DNA of 64,000 nucleotides. Origin: a virus. The stretch covers positions 32,001 to 96,000 of the IMG/VR virus record IMGVR_UViG_3300006329_000001, one strand, 5' to 3'. This document shows, one piece after another, positions 16,327 to 26,834 of the stretch. Under the pieces are notes generated by a model that had not been told where the DNA came from, made no database searches, and worked only from the letters and a program-made list of their open reading frames with translations. The position numbers and the translations under genes are program-made. Numbering within the stretch: the first letter of the stretch is position 1; each line of letters opens with the position of its first letter.

Positions 16327-16755
16327 TTATTTATCTTGCTTTTGTTTTAAAAACTTAGCAAGTTCTGCTGTGCTACCAACAAACATGGTGTTGTTGGTGA
16401 CTTGTTTATCAGATGAAGATCCTTTCGGATTCTCTATCTCATTAACTTTTTTATGAAGGTCTGCAAGTTTATCAGCAACGTCACCGACATGTTTGATAAG
16501 TTGTCCTGCTACTTCATATGCTCTTGGTTGGTCTGACTCTTGTGCTAACTCAAGTATACCATCAACTGCTTCTTGACCTTTTTCTATTAGAGAATATAAA
16601 TTACCTCTTGTATAGTCATAGTCTTTCCTCAGTTGTTTTTTAGTATCTTGTGCGACCTCAAGTGCCTTATCACTGCGTTTAACGCAACCACCTTCATTTT
16701 CAACAATGGAAGTGTCCACGTTCATTGCATTTTCAATAGCTTCAAAATCACTCAT
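16327..16755 (-). CDS. gp16: Terminase small subunit gp16
   Basis: DYDYTRGNLY, ESDQPRAYEV and FVGSTAEL motifs. Confidence 0.93.
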   Translation of the reverse strand: MSDFEAIENAMNVDTSIVENEGGCVKRSDKALEVAQDTKKQLRKDYDYTRGNLYSLIEKGQEAVDGILELAQESDQPRAYEVAGQLIKHVGDVADKLADLHKKVNEIENPKGSSSDKQVTNNTMFVGSTAELAKFLKQKQDK

Positions 16756-17545
16756 CTTGTCCTGTCACTGGGTTATACTGTTTAGCATCTACAAACTCAC
16801 TGGTTAACTCATTGAATCCAAAATCATCATCTGCATCAGCAGTGACTGGATCAGGTGTTACCTGATATCTAATCTCACGTGGTGCATTAGGTGCATTCTT
16901 AGTATCAGCAGTGTAATCAACAATAGCCTTCTTGATAACCTCTCCAGACTTGTCTTGGACTGGACCGTATAAGTAAGTCTTAGCAACAAACTGTAAAGTA
17001 TATACCAGTGTCCTACGAGTATCGTAGTCACCTTCATATACATCCTGATAATCTATAGATGTTAATGTAATTGGATAGTCCTTCTTCTCATCCATAGTAG
17101 GCACAAGGTTTAGTGTGATACTAAAACTTGGTTGAAAGTAAGGTAATATCTGCTCAAGAATCTGAAGACCATCGTCTTGATTCTTTGCCATGATTGCCAA
17201 TTCAAAATTCAAATTATATGGTATTGGCATAAAGGATTTAAACTCTTTACCATCAGCTTGAGTAGACCTTAAATACTGAGTAGGAGATACCTTACGAGTA
17301 GCATCATAATTAAACCCTTGTATCTCAAAGGAGATACGAGGTAGAGTAATTTGAGTTGTAGTCTTATTAAGACCTACCTGTTGCAGACGTTGTAGAAATT
17401 TCTGACGAGGACCATATGCCAGAGGTACTTTCATAACTTCTGTTTTACCAGATGTTACCCTACGAAGTTCAATATTATTAAACAGTGTACCGAAACCGAC
17501 CACCGTCTTCTTAATAATTTCGTGATATGAATAAGTTCCTAACAT
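16748..17545 (-). CDS. gp15: Tail sheath stabilizer / completion protein gp15
   Basis: FGTLFNNI, KVPLAYGPRQKF, LPRISFE and QILEQILPYFQP motifs. Confidence 0.95.
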   Translation of the reverse strand: MLGTYSYHEIIKKTVVGFGTLFNNIELRRVTSGKTEVMKVPLAYGPRQKFLQRLQQVGLNKTTTQITLPRISFEIQGFNYDATRKVSPTQYLRSTQADGKEFKSFMPIPYNLNFELAIMAKNQDDGLQILEQILPYFQPSFSITLNLVPTMDEKKDYPITLTSIDYQDVYEGDYDTRRTLVYTLQFVAKTYLYGPVQDKSGEVIKKAIVDYTADTKNAPNAPREIRYQVTPDPVTADADDDFGFNELTSEFVDAKQYNPVTGQDE

Positions 17546-18420
17546 TAGATACTACTTCCTTTATTTCCAAACTCACCAAAGGGATTACCTTCAGTGAAAT
17601 CAATGATACCATCTGCCTGAGTCTCTATGACAAAGTTGGCTTGAGATTCGTCATTCACATTATTTAGTGTATTATATGTAGCACTTGTCCACGCAGCACT
17701 AGATGTATTACCAGTAAGAGTCTCAGGTATACTGAAGATTCCTGACCTATTGTATACAACTAACTGACGTGTAGCACTATTCCAAGACTTAACAGTAGCA
17801 GTGACATTAGAGTTACCACCTGTTACAATCTCCTCGGCAACGAAGTCTCCACTACCACCATCTGCAACGTTAACACTTATTGCATTGGCATAATTGACCT
17901 CCACTGCATCAACTTCTGTGATTCCTGTGTCGATATCTTCGTCGCTGTACTGGAAGAGTTCACATCGTAGTCCCCAAGTATATTGTTTACCCAACGTGAA
18001 AAATGGTACTTCATACTCGACAAACTGGATCTCAAAGATCTTATTTGCCATCGGGAAGTATACGAGATCGCCTTCATTTGGTCTGCCCTCCACTATTAAG
18101 GTTGCGTTATCATCTACCGCAGTAGTGAATCTTGTTCTTGAGATAACAAACGTTGCCTGATCAGCAATTTGGACTCCGAATTTGGAGAACATATCACCGT
18201 CTCCTCGGAATCCTGTGTTGTCTTCAATGTATGCTTCTATCTCAAATGCTCCCTCAAACTTCGACATTGTATCCTCACCGAATACACTATCAGTTTTAAC
18301 TAAAGTCCTTGGGATATAATAAACATTCTTACCGTACATCTTAATCTGCTCAATGACAAGACTTTCATGCATGTCTTGCTCACCTGTAGTTCCTTGAGTA
18401 AAATAAGGGTTAGTAGCCAT
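17545..18420 (-). CDS. gp14: Neck protein gp14
   Basis: YYIPR, FSKFG, RPNEGDLVYFP and DFTEGNPFG motifs. Confidence 0.93.
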   Translation of the reverse strand: MATNPYFTQGTTGEQDMHESLVIEQIKMYGKNVYYIPRTLVKTDSVFGEDTMSKFEGAFEIEAYIEDNTGFRGDGDMFSKFGVQIADQATFVISRTRFTTAVDDNATLIVEGRPNEGDLVYFPMANKIFEIQFVEYEVPFFTLGKQYTWGLRCELFQYSDEDIDTGITEVDAVEVNYANAISVNVADGGSGDFVAEEIVTGGNSNVTATVKSWNSATRQLVVYNRSGIFSIPETLTGNTSSAAWTSATYNTLNNVNDESQANFVIETQADGIIDFTEGNPFGEFGNKGSSI

Positions 18421-18421
18421 G

Positions 18422-19228
18422 TTATCCTATCATGTCTAATGGTGGAGTTTCCCACTGTTGTCTGAGTTGCTCATCCAAATCTTTTAACTCTTGGACTGCA
18501 TCATTATAAATCATCTCACCGTTAAGGGTAACACCACCAGGCATCTGGACGTTTTGGAATTTTGTCATATTACTACCCCACTGCTTCTTAATCTTAGCAG
18601 AAACATAATCTTTGACCCACATGTTGTCATATATCTCTGTCCATGTGAGAGGATCCAATGCTCTCCAACATTTAATAACAAAATACTGATCTAATAATAC
18701 ATCTGCTTGCCAATCCATATCAAGATATAATCTATTCTGAGTAGCAATATAACGAGTAGGTTTGATTCCTTCTAATAGAAAATCAATTGTACCCAAGTGT
18801 TGCTGAATCATATAGTAATGATAGAACTGTGTAGATGTAAAATCATACAAGTCATTCAAACGCATTTGATATCTAATATCAAACATGTTTGCAGTACCCT
18901 TATCAGTGAAAGAGAATAGTCCTTCAACAGATAGTATATGTTGTGGTATTTCTATGTAAGCATTCCTTTCACGCCACTCAGAATTACCAGCAGATGATGT
19001 AGTTAAAGTGTCCTGTGCAGTTTCAGCTCTATCAATATCTGCCTGAGTTATCTTATGCTTTAGGTAGACTCTCTCAGCACCATCATAATGGAACTGTTGA
19101 AACTTCTGTATCGTATAATCAATAGCATCATCGCACTGATCATCAGAGACATTGATCTCTAGTACAGGTTTACCTAACCTGCGTAAAGCATATTCTTTTA
19201 ATTCAGATTTAGATGTTGGTTTTGCCAT
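18422..19228 (-). CDS. gp13: Neck protein gp13
   Basis: LRRLGKPVLEINV and KKQWGSNMTKF..MPGGVTLNG motifs. Confidence 0.93.
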   Translation of the reverse strand: MAKPTSKSELKEYALRRLGKPVLEINVSDDQCDDAIDYTIQKFQQFHYDGAERVYLKHKITQADIDRAETAQDTLTTSSAGNSEWRERNAYIEIPQHILSVEGLFSFTDKGTANMFDIRYQMRLNDLYDFTSTQFYHYYMIQQHLGTIDFLLEGIKPTRYIATQNRLYLDMDWQADVLLDQYFVIKCWRALDPLTWTEIYDNMWVKDYVSAKIKKQWGSNMTKFQNVQMPGGVTLNGEMIYNDAVQELKDLDEQLRQQWETPPLDMIG

Positions 19229-22200
19229 TATGCTACAAGTACGTAGGTGTTAGAAGTGGTATTGAAATACATCTCTCCAGATGCAAGACCAGAGCCAGCA
19301 TCGTTAGCTGCTGATACAATACCAAGAGCAGTGCGAAGCAATGCAGCAGTTAAGTTAGACTGTACAAATGCTGTGGTAGCAACTTGAGTTGTGTTAGTTG
19401 CTTGAGCTGCAGTTGGAGCTGTTGGAGTTCCAGTTAATCCAGGAGATGCTAATGGTGCTGCGTTAGTAGCAAGTGTACCTTGTGCAGCAGTGGCGAAATC
19501 ACCTGTAGCAGCTGCAGCAGCAGTTCCTAGAGTAGGTTTGTTGCTTAGGTCATCATAGTCTCCACTGGTAGCTACAGTTGACAAGTCGCCTGGTTGTGTA
19601 GCAGAATCAGCAAGTGTACCTTGTGCAGCAGTTGCATATGCAGTTGCAGCAGTGGTAGCAACAGTGCCAAGTCCAAGAGTGGTTCTGGCAGCAGCAGCGT
19701 CTGCGTCATCAATTAGAGTTCCACCGAAGGTGCTAACAGCAGAAGCATCAAGTTTTCCAGTGATACCTGCTGTTACACGAGCATCAGCACGAGCGTTAGT
19801 GAAGTATAGATTGGTTGATCCTTCAGATAGATCATCGGTATCCGCAGCAGCGATTCTTGCATCTGCAAGAGTATTAACCTCAGCATCAGTTCTCTCAGTA
19901 AAGGAGATAACACCTGTGCCACTATTGTATGCTAGGTCTCCACCAACAGAGATGTGTCCTCTAGTGCGAGCAGCAGTTGTGAATAGATTTGTAGATCCTT
20001 CAGTTACATTGTCTGTATCAATATCAGATTGAGTAACAGAAAGAGTTCCACTACTGTGTGTAATACCAGTTCCGTATGTGAAGTGAGTTCTAGTTCTAGC
20101 AGCAGTTGTAAAGAGGTTAGATGAACCTTCAGTTACATTGTCTGTGTCAATGTCTGCCTGTGTGACAGATAGAGTACCACCAGAGTGAGTGATACCTGTG
20201 CCATATGTAAAGTGTGTTCTTGTTCTGGCAGCAGTAGTAAAGAGATTAGTTGATCCCTCAGTTACATTGTCAGAATTAATATCTACCTGAGTAACAGATA
20301 ATGTATATGTGTTAGCAGCGTCATCATAGACCTTAGTAACACCAGTACCTGCAACGATAACAGCATTTAATCTATCATCAACTCTCTCATCAGTATAATA
20401 CTTGTTGGTTGATCCTTCTGCTACATCATCTGTATCATGGTTAGATAGAGATGCAATAGTAGTTGGAGTTGTGTATGAGAATACACCAGTAGAAGCATTA
20501 TATGCTAGTGATCCAGTTGCACTGAATGATGCACGACCTCTAGCGTCTGTATAGAAGAGGTTGGTTGATCCTTCAGTTACGTTGTCTGTGTCTATATCTG
20601 CTTGGGTTACAGAAAGAGTTCCACCACTGTGTGTGATACCAGTTCCATAAGTGAAGTGTGTCCTTGTGCGTGCAGCAGTTGTGAATAGATTTGTAGATCC
20701 TTCAGTGATGTTGTCAGTATTGATGTCTGCCTGAGTAGCACTCAAGGTCAACATATTACCTGCGTCATCATAAGTTGCAGTAATACCTGTACCACCTGTG
20801 ATTAGAGCATTAACTCTATCATCAACTCTTTCTTCAGTGTAGTATAGATTGGTTGTGCCTTCTGATAATGCATCAGTGTCATGGTTCGCAATACTACCAA
20901 CCTGTGACTGGTTGTACTGAATGTTACCAGTAATAGTTAAGTTACCCTGAACTGTAAAGTCAGTTGTTGAGGTAAAGTTATTAACTGTTAAGGTGTTTGT
21001 ACTTGGGTTGTATGTAAGGTTACTTGAGTCAGTTCTGATTTCAGTGTTTCCAGTAGTTGCAGAAACGAAAGTAGGATAGTAAGTAAGGTTAGAAGATCCA
21101 GTCTCAGTAATATTAACTAGAGTTGCAGTGTCTGCATTACCTGTCAACGCACCAGTTACGTTACCAGTGATCTGTCCCGTTACACCGAGTGTGCCACCGA
21201 TAGTAGTGTTACTTGTTACGTCAAGAGTATTTGTTGTTGTTAATCCTGCGAATGTTGCAGCACCAGAAGTAGAGTTAAGAGTAATCTTATCTGTGCCAGA
21301 TCCATTCTGAAGTTTTAATGTCTTAGTAGATCCTCTTAATACAATATTATCTTTAAAGAGTGATGTACTGTTCTGTGTGATAGTTCCACTGAAGGTTGAG
21401 TTACCATCTACATTCAGAGTAGTATCAAAATCAACTGCACCTGTTACAGTAAGATTGTCAGTGATATTTGTAGCACCGTTGACATCCAATGTACCGTCAA
21501 CAGCAGTGTTACCAGTAGCACCTGCAACTGTAAATTTGTTGGTGTTGATGATTAGAGAACCATCCATTGTGACACCTGCAGAAGTTGTCAAACTTGTAGC
21601 AGAGATCGTTGTTAATGTTGTCTGTCCAGTAACATCTAATGTTCCACCAAAAGCACCATTACCAGTAGCACCGTTTAAGGTGATCGTAGTACCTGCGTTA
21701 GGACCAATGAATAGATCAGAACCAACATATACATCTTCATCAACAGTCAAACCACCCTGAGTAACCATCAAAGCAGCGTTGGCAGATAGAGATGTTGGGT
21801 TAGTATTATTTGTAAGAGATGTAAGTCCTGTTACTCCTAATGTGTTGGTGACATTTGTTGCCCCGTTAACATCAAGAGTTCCTTGTATATCTGTATTACC
21901 AGTTGCTGATTGGACTGTAAACTTGTCAGTGCCATCATCTAACTGTATTGCAAATTCTTTATTATCAGCGTTTAATACTACATTGTTTTGGAAAGTAGCA
22001 ACACCATCAACATTTAGAGTGCCATCTAGATCAGTTGCCTGAGTGACATTAAATGTATCGTCAATAGTTGTCGCACCCTCTACATTAAGAGTACCCTGTA
22101 TATCAGTGTTACCGTTGTCAGTATCAACACTGAAGATAGTAGCAGCAGATCCAGTCTGTACAGAGAATAATTTATTGTCTGCCTTAACTGTTAGAGCATC

Positions 22201-25200
22201 AGTAACCGTTGTTAACGCATCAACATCCAATGTTCCGTTGACGGTTAAGTTATCATCAATGATAGTCTCACCAGTATTAGAATCTAAGGTAAGAGAACCA
22301 GAGGTTGTATCAATCTCAGATGAAGCAGCAACACCAATTCTGATGTTGTCAGCAGTAATATCTGTAGAAGTGATTGCCTGATTAAATGTTACAGTACCAG
22401 TGAATTCATGTTGATCACCAGAGTTGTCACCGATAGTAGCATTGCCATCTACCTGTAGAGTTCCATCTATCTCAGCATTATCTGTGATATGAACCTTACC
22501 ACCATCAGAATCTAATATTAGATTTCCAGAAGTAGTACTAATTTCATTAGCAGCATCAACACCGATCTTAATATCATCAGCAGTGATGTCTGTAGATGTG
22601 ATTGCTTGGTTAAACTGAACTGTACCAGTAACAGAGTGTGAATCTCCAGATGCGTTACCAATAGTTGTGTTACCATCAACTGTTAATGTTCCATCTACCT
22701 TAGTATTTCCATCAACATTAAGGTTAAGATCAACATCTAAATCATCAGTTACATTAACTGTACCACCCGCAGAATCAAGAATTAAGTTACCAGAAGTTGT
22801 ATCAATTTCTGTTGCACCAGATACACCGATCTGAATGTTATCAGCAGTGATATCTGTAGAAGTTATTGCTTGGTTAAAGAGGACTGTACCTGTAATAGTA
22901 TGCTGATCTCCTGATGCATTACCTATAGTAGCATTACCATCTACCTGAACAGTTCCCTGAATGATTGTGTTACCAGTTCCTGCATCAACAGTAAATTTAG
23001 ATGTGTTGACAGCTAAGTCATCAGTTACATCAAAGGTTCCTGTAACTTCTAAATTACCACCAATAGCAGCATCATCAACAACCTGAAGATCATCTCCAAC
23101 CCAAAGGTCTAGACCAATACCTGCACCACCACCAACGATTAAAGTACCTGTAGATGAGTTTGTAGCATTAGTTGTATCAAATAGTTTTAGGCTACCTGCA
23201 TCAATACCAGATCTTGTTCCTGAAAATACTTCTGAAGAATTAGTAGCATCGTCATATAATGCAAATCTACTTACATCATTATCCCAACCAAACCATCCTA
23301 GTTTAGCAGAACCACTATAATATCTGAACTCTACACCACGATCCTTACCATCATCAGAACCAGGAGCAGTGTCGCCACCCAATGTAATGATCGGATCATC
23401 TAAAGTAACTACTGTAGAATTAACTGTAGTTGTAGTTCCATGAACTGTGAGGTTTCCATCAACGATTGCGTTACCAGTAACTTGGAAGTTATTAGTACCT
23501 GCGATTGTTACATCTGCATTAAATGTTGACTCAGAGTTGACAGTTAATGTATCTGTGTTAGCATCACCTATAGTGGTGTTTCCATCGACTGTCAAGTCAC
23601 GGTTAAGTAGAGTGTCACCGTGAACTGTAAGGAGACCTACTGCATCAGTACCTAGACCTGCTCTACCTATGACAGTGTTACCATTGTCAGAATCGATAGA
23701 GAATTGGGTCTGGGCACTAGCGTTATTAATATTAAATACTTCGTTATCAGACTGAATAATTACTGAATCATAGATTGTAGTTTGTCCATCTATAACTACA
23801 GTGCTATTAAAGTCTGCTTGACCATCTACATTAAGTGTAGTGTCGAAATCAACTGTACCATTGACTGTGATATTATCGGTGAATGTTGTGACTGAATTAA
23901 CAGTAAACACATCAGTATTTGCATTACCGATAGTAGTGTTATTTCCGTTCGCATTAAAGTTATTTTCGAATATGACTGCAGAACCTACATCTAAGGTTCC
24001 TCTTATATCTGTATCACCATTAGTTGATAGTACTGTGAACTTATCATCAGATCCATTAGTGATCTTAAAGTACTTCCCAGTAGTATCAAGAGTGATGTCA
24101 TCATGAAATGTAGCATCTAAATCAACATCAAGAATGTCATTGAGGGTAGTAGCACCGTCAACATCCAATGTATTGTTTAGAGTTGTTCCACCATCTACAT
24201 CAAGAGTACCATCTGCGTGAGTGTTTCCGTTGTCAGTATCTACATCAAATACACTGACACCTGCAGCAGTTTGGATATCAAATTTCTTATTATCTGCTTT
24301 TATAATAAGGTTATCTGTGATTTCAGTTTCTAACTGAATATCAACTGTACCTTGTATTACTGTATTACCATTATCATAGTCAACAGTAAACTTATCTGCT
24401 CCTGCGTTATTTTGTATATTAAATGACTTATTGTCTGCTCTGAAGATTACATTATTATTAACTTCTGACTGTCCTGCAATAGTAACAGTTCCACCAATAT
24501 GTGCGTTCTCAGAAAGACCTAATCCCCCCGTGACCACCAACGTGCCCGTCGTGGTTGAGGTTGATCCTGTGTTGGTTGTGAGCCTGAGGTTACCAACAAT
24601 GAGAGGAGCGTCAGTACCAGAGAAAACTTCAGAGGTGTTAGTGGCGTTGTAGAGGAGCCTATACCCGCCAGTGCCAGACCATATGTTAGAGTCTGCATAA
24701 TCCTCGTCCCACCCGAAGAACCCGATCCTTGCTTGTGTGTCATAATATCTAAATTCTATACCACGGTCTTTATTATCGTCTGAACCTGGAGCAGTATCAC
24801 CACCCAGTGTGAATATAGGATCATCAATGGTAACAACAGTAGAATTTACCGTGGTCGTTGTACCATCTACCTGTAAGTCTCCACGAATCTGAACCTTACC
24901 TGTTACAGCGTCATCATCGTTAGGATCCAAGATCATTGTAGCAGCAGTGCTACTTAAAGTATCATCTTGGAATTGGAATCCTTCTACATTAACTCTATTA
25001 CTTACGTTACTAGCAGATATTGTAATATCATTTTCAGCAGTAATAGTAATGTTAGCATCTCCACCACCTGCATTGGTAGAAAGAATACTTAGATTTCTAG
25101 CAGCAGCATTGTTCTGTGTTAGTTGGAATGTTAAGTTACCATCACCTGTTTTATCAAGTATTTGTGCAACTGATCCATCTAATGTAATATCAGGGTCACT

Positions 25201-26550
25201 AAAGTATGACCTTACATTAATATCAATTTCTCCACTGCCAGAGTCGCCAGTATTATTAGCACCGAATAAAAGATTCCCTGAAGTATTGTTAATTTTAACA
25301 TAGTTTAAATAATTAAATCCTCTGTATCCTGTAGTAGCAGTTAATTCTTGATCAAGATCAAAGTTCTCTACTGTATTACCATCAGCAAAACCTATACGAG
25401 AGTTCTGTAATTGATCATTGTCAACACCTGCTTGAGCAATGGTTACAAAACCACCCTCATAGTTACTACCTGCATCCCATTGTGATACATCAAAATCTTC
25501 TTGATTAAATGATGCTAAACCTTTCTGAGGTGCTAGAGCAGATCCGAGATATCTCCAAGATCCTGTATCACTGGTGTCCGTGTGTGTAGGCTCACCGCCC
25601 CCAGAGTTAATAGGAAGGATAGCCTGATACAACTTATCAGACGTATTCTTAACCTTGTCATTTCGTACATAGTTTGTTCCATTGTTATATGCTGCTATCT
25701 CACTACCTTGTGTTGCAGTGGCAATAGCGGATGTGCTTGCAGCAGTCAGACGACCATATCTGTCAACCGTAAAGTTAGTTGTGTTAACAGTTTCATCACC
25801 TGTCGTTACAGATACTAATGGTGTGTCTAGGTTGCCTACAGGGTTGTAAGAACCAACAACAACAGGAGTATCAGCAAGGTCTAGTAATGGGTTACCATTA
25901 ACTCCAGTACCATTAGATACTAAAAGTCTACCTGCAGATACAGCGATCTGTCTGTTTGCTAAGGTACCAGCTCCAGTACGAGAGACGAGACCAAAACCTG
26001 TCATGTCTGCTAATGCTTGTAGCTCTGCATCAGCAGGCTGAGCATCAGCAATACCATAAGCAGCAAGAGTCGTGGGGTTGTCACCAGTAGTAACACGACC
26101 ACGAGAGTCAATAGTTAGACGAGTGTATTGTGCAGTGGCAGTTAGATTATTAGGATCGTAGTGTGGAAGACCTGGTTGATAGTTTAGTTCAGCAGTGATG
26201 TTAATGTTTGCAGATCCGTCAAAGGTTGCAGATCCTGACATGTCACCTGTTAGGGTGAATGATCTAGCGTTGGCAAGTCTTGTAGCAGTAGCAGCGTTAC
26301 CGATAATTGACGCAGTAATGGCACCTGCCTCAAAGTTACCGTCAGCATCACGCTTTACAAGAGTATTTGCAGTATTACTTTCTGTTTCTAGTGGACGTTC
26401 GTACTTAAGTGAGTTCCATGGAGTTACACCATCTCCTATCTTGATTCGTGAGGTATCAAGTTCGATACCCAACTCACCCTGAGCGAGAATGGGATTGATG
26501 TTTGCCCACTGTTGAGCACCATCACGTCGTAATTGTAATCTATTTGCCAT
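19228..26550 (-). CDS. Long fibre protein (2,440 aa) with an Mtd-N-like N-terminus, in the wac/fibritin position
   Basis: QLRR...NPILAQGELGIELDTSRIKIGDG N-domain, beta-repeat shaft, and C-terminal SPGLTGTPTAPT...QVATTAFV fibre repeat. Confidence 0.8.
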   Translation of the reverse strand: MANRLQLRRDGAQQWANINPILAQGELGIELDTSRIKIGDGVTPWNSLKYERPLETESNTANTLVKRDADGNFEAGAITASIIGNAATATRLANARSFTLTGDMSGSATFDGSANINITAELNYQPGLPHYDPNNLTATAQYTRLTIDSRGRVTTGDNPTTLAAYGIADAQPADAELQALADMTGFGLVSRTGAGTLANRQIAVSAGRLLVSNGTGVNGNPLLDLADTPVVVGSYNPVGNLDTPLVSVTTGDETVNTTNFTVDRYGRLTAASTSAIATATQGSEIAAYNNGTNYVRNDKVKNTSDKLYQAILPINSGGGEPTHTDTSDTGSWRYLGSALAPQKGLASFNQEDFDVSQWDAGSNYEGGFVTIAQAGVDNDQLQNSRIGFADGNTVENFDLDQELTATTGYRGFNYLNYVKINNTSGNLLFGANNTGDSGSGEIDINVRSYFSDPDITLDGSVAQILDKTGDGNLTFQLTQNNAAARNLSILSTNAGGGDANITITAENDITISASNVSNRVNVEGFQFQDDTLSSTAATMILDPNDDDAVTGKVQIRGDLQVDGTTTTVNSTVVTIDDPIFTLGGDTAPGSDDNKDRGIEFRYYDTQARIGFFGWDEDYADSNIWSGTGGYRLLYNATNTSEVFSGTDAPLIVGNLRLTTNTGSTSTTTGTLVVTGGLGLSENAHIGGTVTIAGQSEVNNNVIFRADNKSFNIQNNAGADKFTVDYDNGNTVIQGTVDIQLETEITDNLIIKADNKKFDIQTAAGVSVFDVDTDNGNTHADGTLDVDGGTTLNNTLDVDGATTLNDILDVDLDATFHDDITLDTTGKYFKITNGSDDKFTVLSTNGDTDIRGTLDVGSAVIFENNFNANGNNTTIGNANTDVFTVNSVTTFTDNITVNGTVDFDTTLNVDGQADFNSTVVIDGQTTIYDSVIIQSDNEVFNINNASAQTQFSIDSDNGNTVIGRAGLGTDAVGLLTVHGDTLLNRDLTVDGNTTIGDANTDTLTVNSESTFNADVTIAGTNNFQVTGNAIVDGNLTVHGTTTTVNSTVVTLDDPIITLGGDTAPGSDDGKDRGVEFRYYSGSAKLGWFGWDNDVSRFALYDDATNSSEVFSGTRSGIDAGSLKLFDTTNATNSSTGTLIVGGGAGIGLDLWVGDDLQVVDDAAIGGNLEVTGTFDVTDDLAVNTSKFTVDAGTGNTIIQGTVQVDGNATIGNASGDQHTITGTVLFNQAITSTDITADNIQIGVSGATEIDTTSGNLILDSAGGTVNVTDDLDVDLNLNVDGNTKVDGTLTVDGNTTIGNASGDSHSVTGTVQFNQAITSTDITADDIKIGVDAANEISTTSGNLILDSDGGKVHITDNAEIDGTLQVDGNATIGDNSGDQHEFTGTVTFNQAITSTDITADNIRIGVAASSEIDTTSGSLTLDSNTGETIIDDNLTVNGTLDVDALTTVTDALTVKADNKLFSVQTGSAATIFSVDTDNGNTDIQGTLNVEGATTIDDTFNVTQATDLDGTLNVDGVATFQNNVVLNADNKEFAIQLDDGTDKFTVQSATGNTDIQGTLDVNGATNVTNTLGVTGLTSLTNNTNPTSLSANAALMVTQGGLTVDEDVYVGSDLFIGPNAGTTITLNGATGNGAFGGTLDVTGQTTLTTISATSLTTSAGVTMDGSLIINTNKFTVAGATGNTAVDGTLDVNGATNITDNLTVTGAVDFDTTLNVDGNSTFSGTITQNSTSLFKDNIVLRGSTKTLKLQNGSGTDKITLNSTSGAATFAGLTTTNTLDVTSNTTIGGTLGVTGQITGNVTGALTGNADTATLVNITETGSSNLTYYPTFVSATTGNTEIRTDSSNLTYNPSTNTLTVNNFTSTTDFTVQGNLTITGNIQYNQSQVGSIANHDTDALSEGTTNLYYTEERVDDRVNALITGGTGITATYDDAGNMLTLSATQADINTDNITEGSTNLFTTAARTRTHFTYGTGITHSGGTLSVTQADIDTDNVTEGSTNLFYTDARGRASFSATGSLAYNASTGVFSYTTPTTIASLSNHDTDDVAEGSTNKYYTDERVDDRLNAVIVAGTGVTKVYDDAANTYTLSVTQVDINSDNVTEGSTNLFTTAARTRTHFTYGTGITHSGGTLSVTQADIDTDNVTEGSSNLFTTAARTRTHFTYGTGITHSSGTLSVTQSDIDTDNVTEGSTNLFTTAARTRGHISVGGDLAYNSGTGVISFTERTDAEVNTLADARIAAADTDDLSEGSTNLYFTNARADARVTAGITGKLDASAVSTFGGTLIDDADAAAARTTLGLGTVATTAATAYATAAQGTLADSATQPGDLSTVATSGDYDDLSNKPTLGTAAAAATGDFATAAQGTLATNAAPLASPGLTGTPTAPTAAQATNTTQVATTAFVQSNLTAALLRTALGIVSAANDAGSGLASGEMYFNTTSNTYVLVA
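19790..20890 (-). repeat. Eight tandem TDxxxEGSTNLxxT repeats (about 43-50 aa) in the fibre
   Basis: Visible at protein level and at DNA level (e.g. ccttcagttacattgtctgt). Confidence 0.9.
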
Positions 26551-26583
26551 TTTCTAATAAGACATACACTGCGGTCTCTTGTT

Positions 26584-26590
26584 TATTTAT
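26584..26590 (-). promoter_or_regulatory. Late promoter ATAAATA upstream of the fibre gene
   Basis: tatttat on +, immediately after the terminator. Confidence 0.7.
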
Positions 26591-26594
26591 GCAC

Positions 26595-26619
26595 AAAAAA
26601 GAGACCCCAGAGGGTCTCT
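26595..26619 (-). terminator. Intrinsic terminator
   Basis: Minus strand AGAGACCC-TCTG-GGGTCTCT followed by a T-run. Confidence 0.85.
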
Positions 26620-26624
26620 AGGTT

Positions 26625-26834
26625 TTATTCGGCTGGTACCTCTGCAGGTTCTGCAGGAGGTGGGTTAAGATATTCCAGAGTTTCTATGGCACCCAAGAGT
26701 TTAAGTGCGGTAGATTCATTCTCTCTAATCTTTGCTTGGAGTTGATTAGTTTCTCCTTGTATTTTTTGGTATCGATCCTTAAATTCTTGCAGAAGTACTG
26801 CAGGATCTTTATTTTCGGTCACATCAGCTGGCAT
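26625..26834 (-). CDS. Small coiled-coil protein (possible fibre chaperone)
   Basis: Heptad pattern ending KLLGAIETLEYL; start probably MPADVTE. Confidence 0.65.
   Translation of the reverse strand: MPADVTENKDPAVLLQEFKDRYQKIQGETNQLQAKIRENESTALKLLGAIETLEYLNPPPAEPAEVPAE

Noticed and set aside
19790-20890. DNA direct repeats as a CRISPR array
   Set aside because: They are in-frame coding repeats with synonymous divergence and no unique spacers.
26380-26550. Mtd-like N-terminal domain suggesting a diversity-generating retroelement
   Set aside because: No reverse transcriptase and no adenine-specific template/variable repeat pair was seen in the window. This N-domain is common in ordinary fibres.
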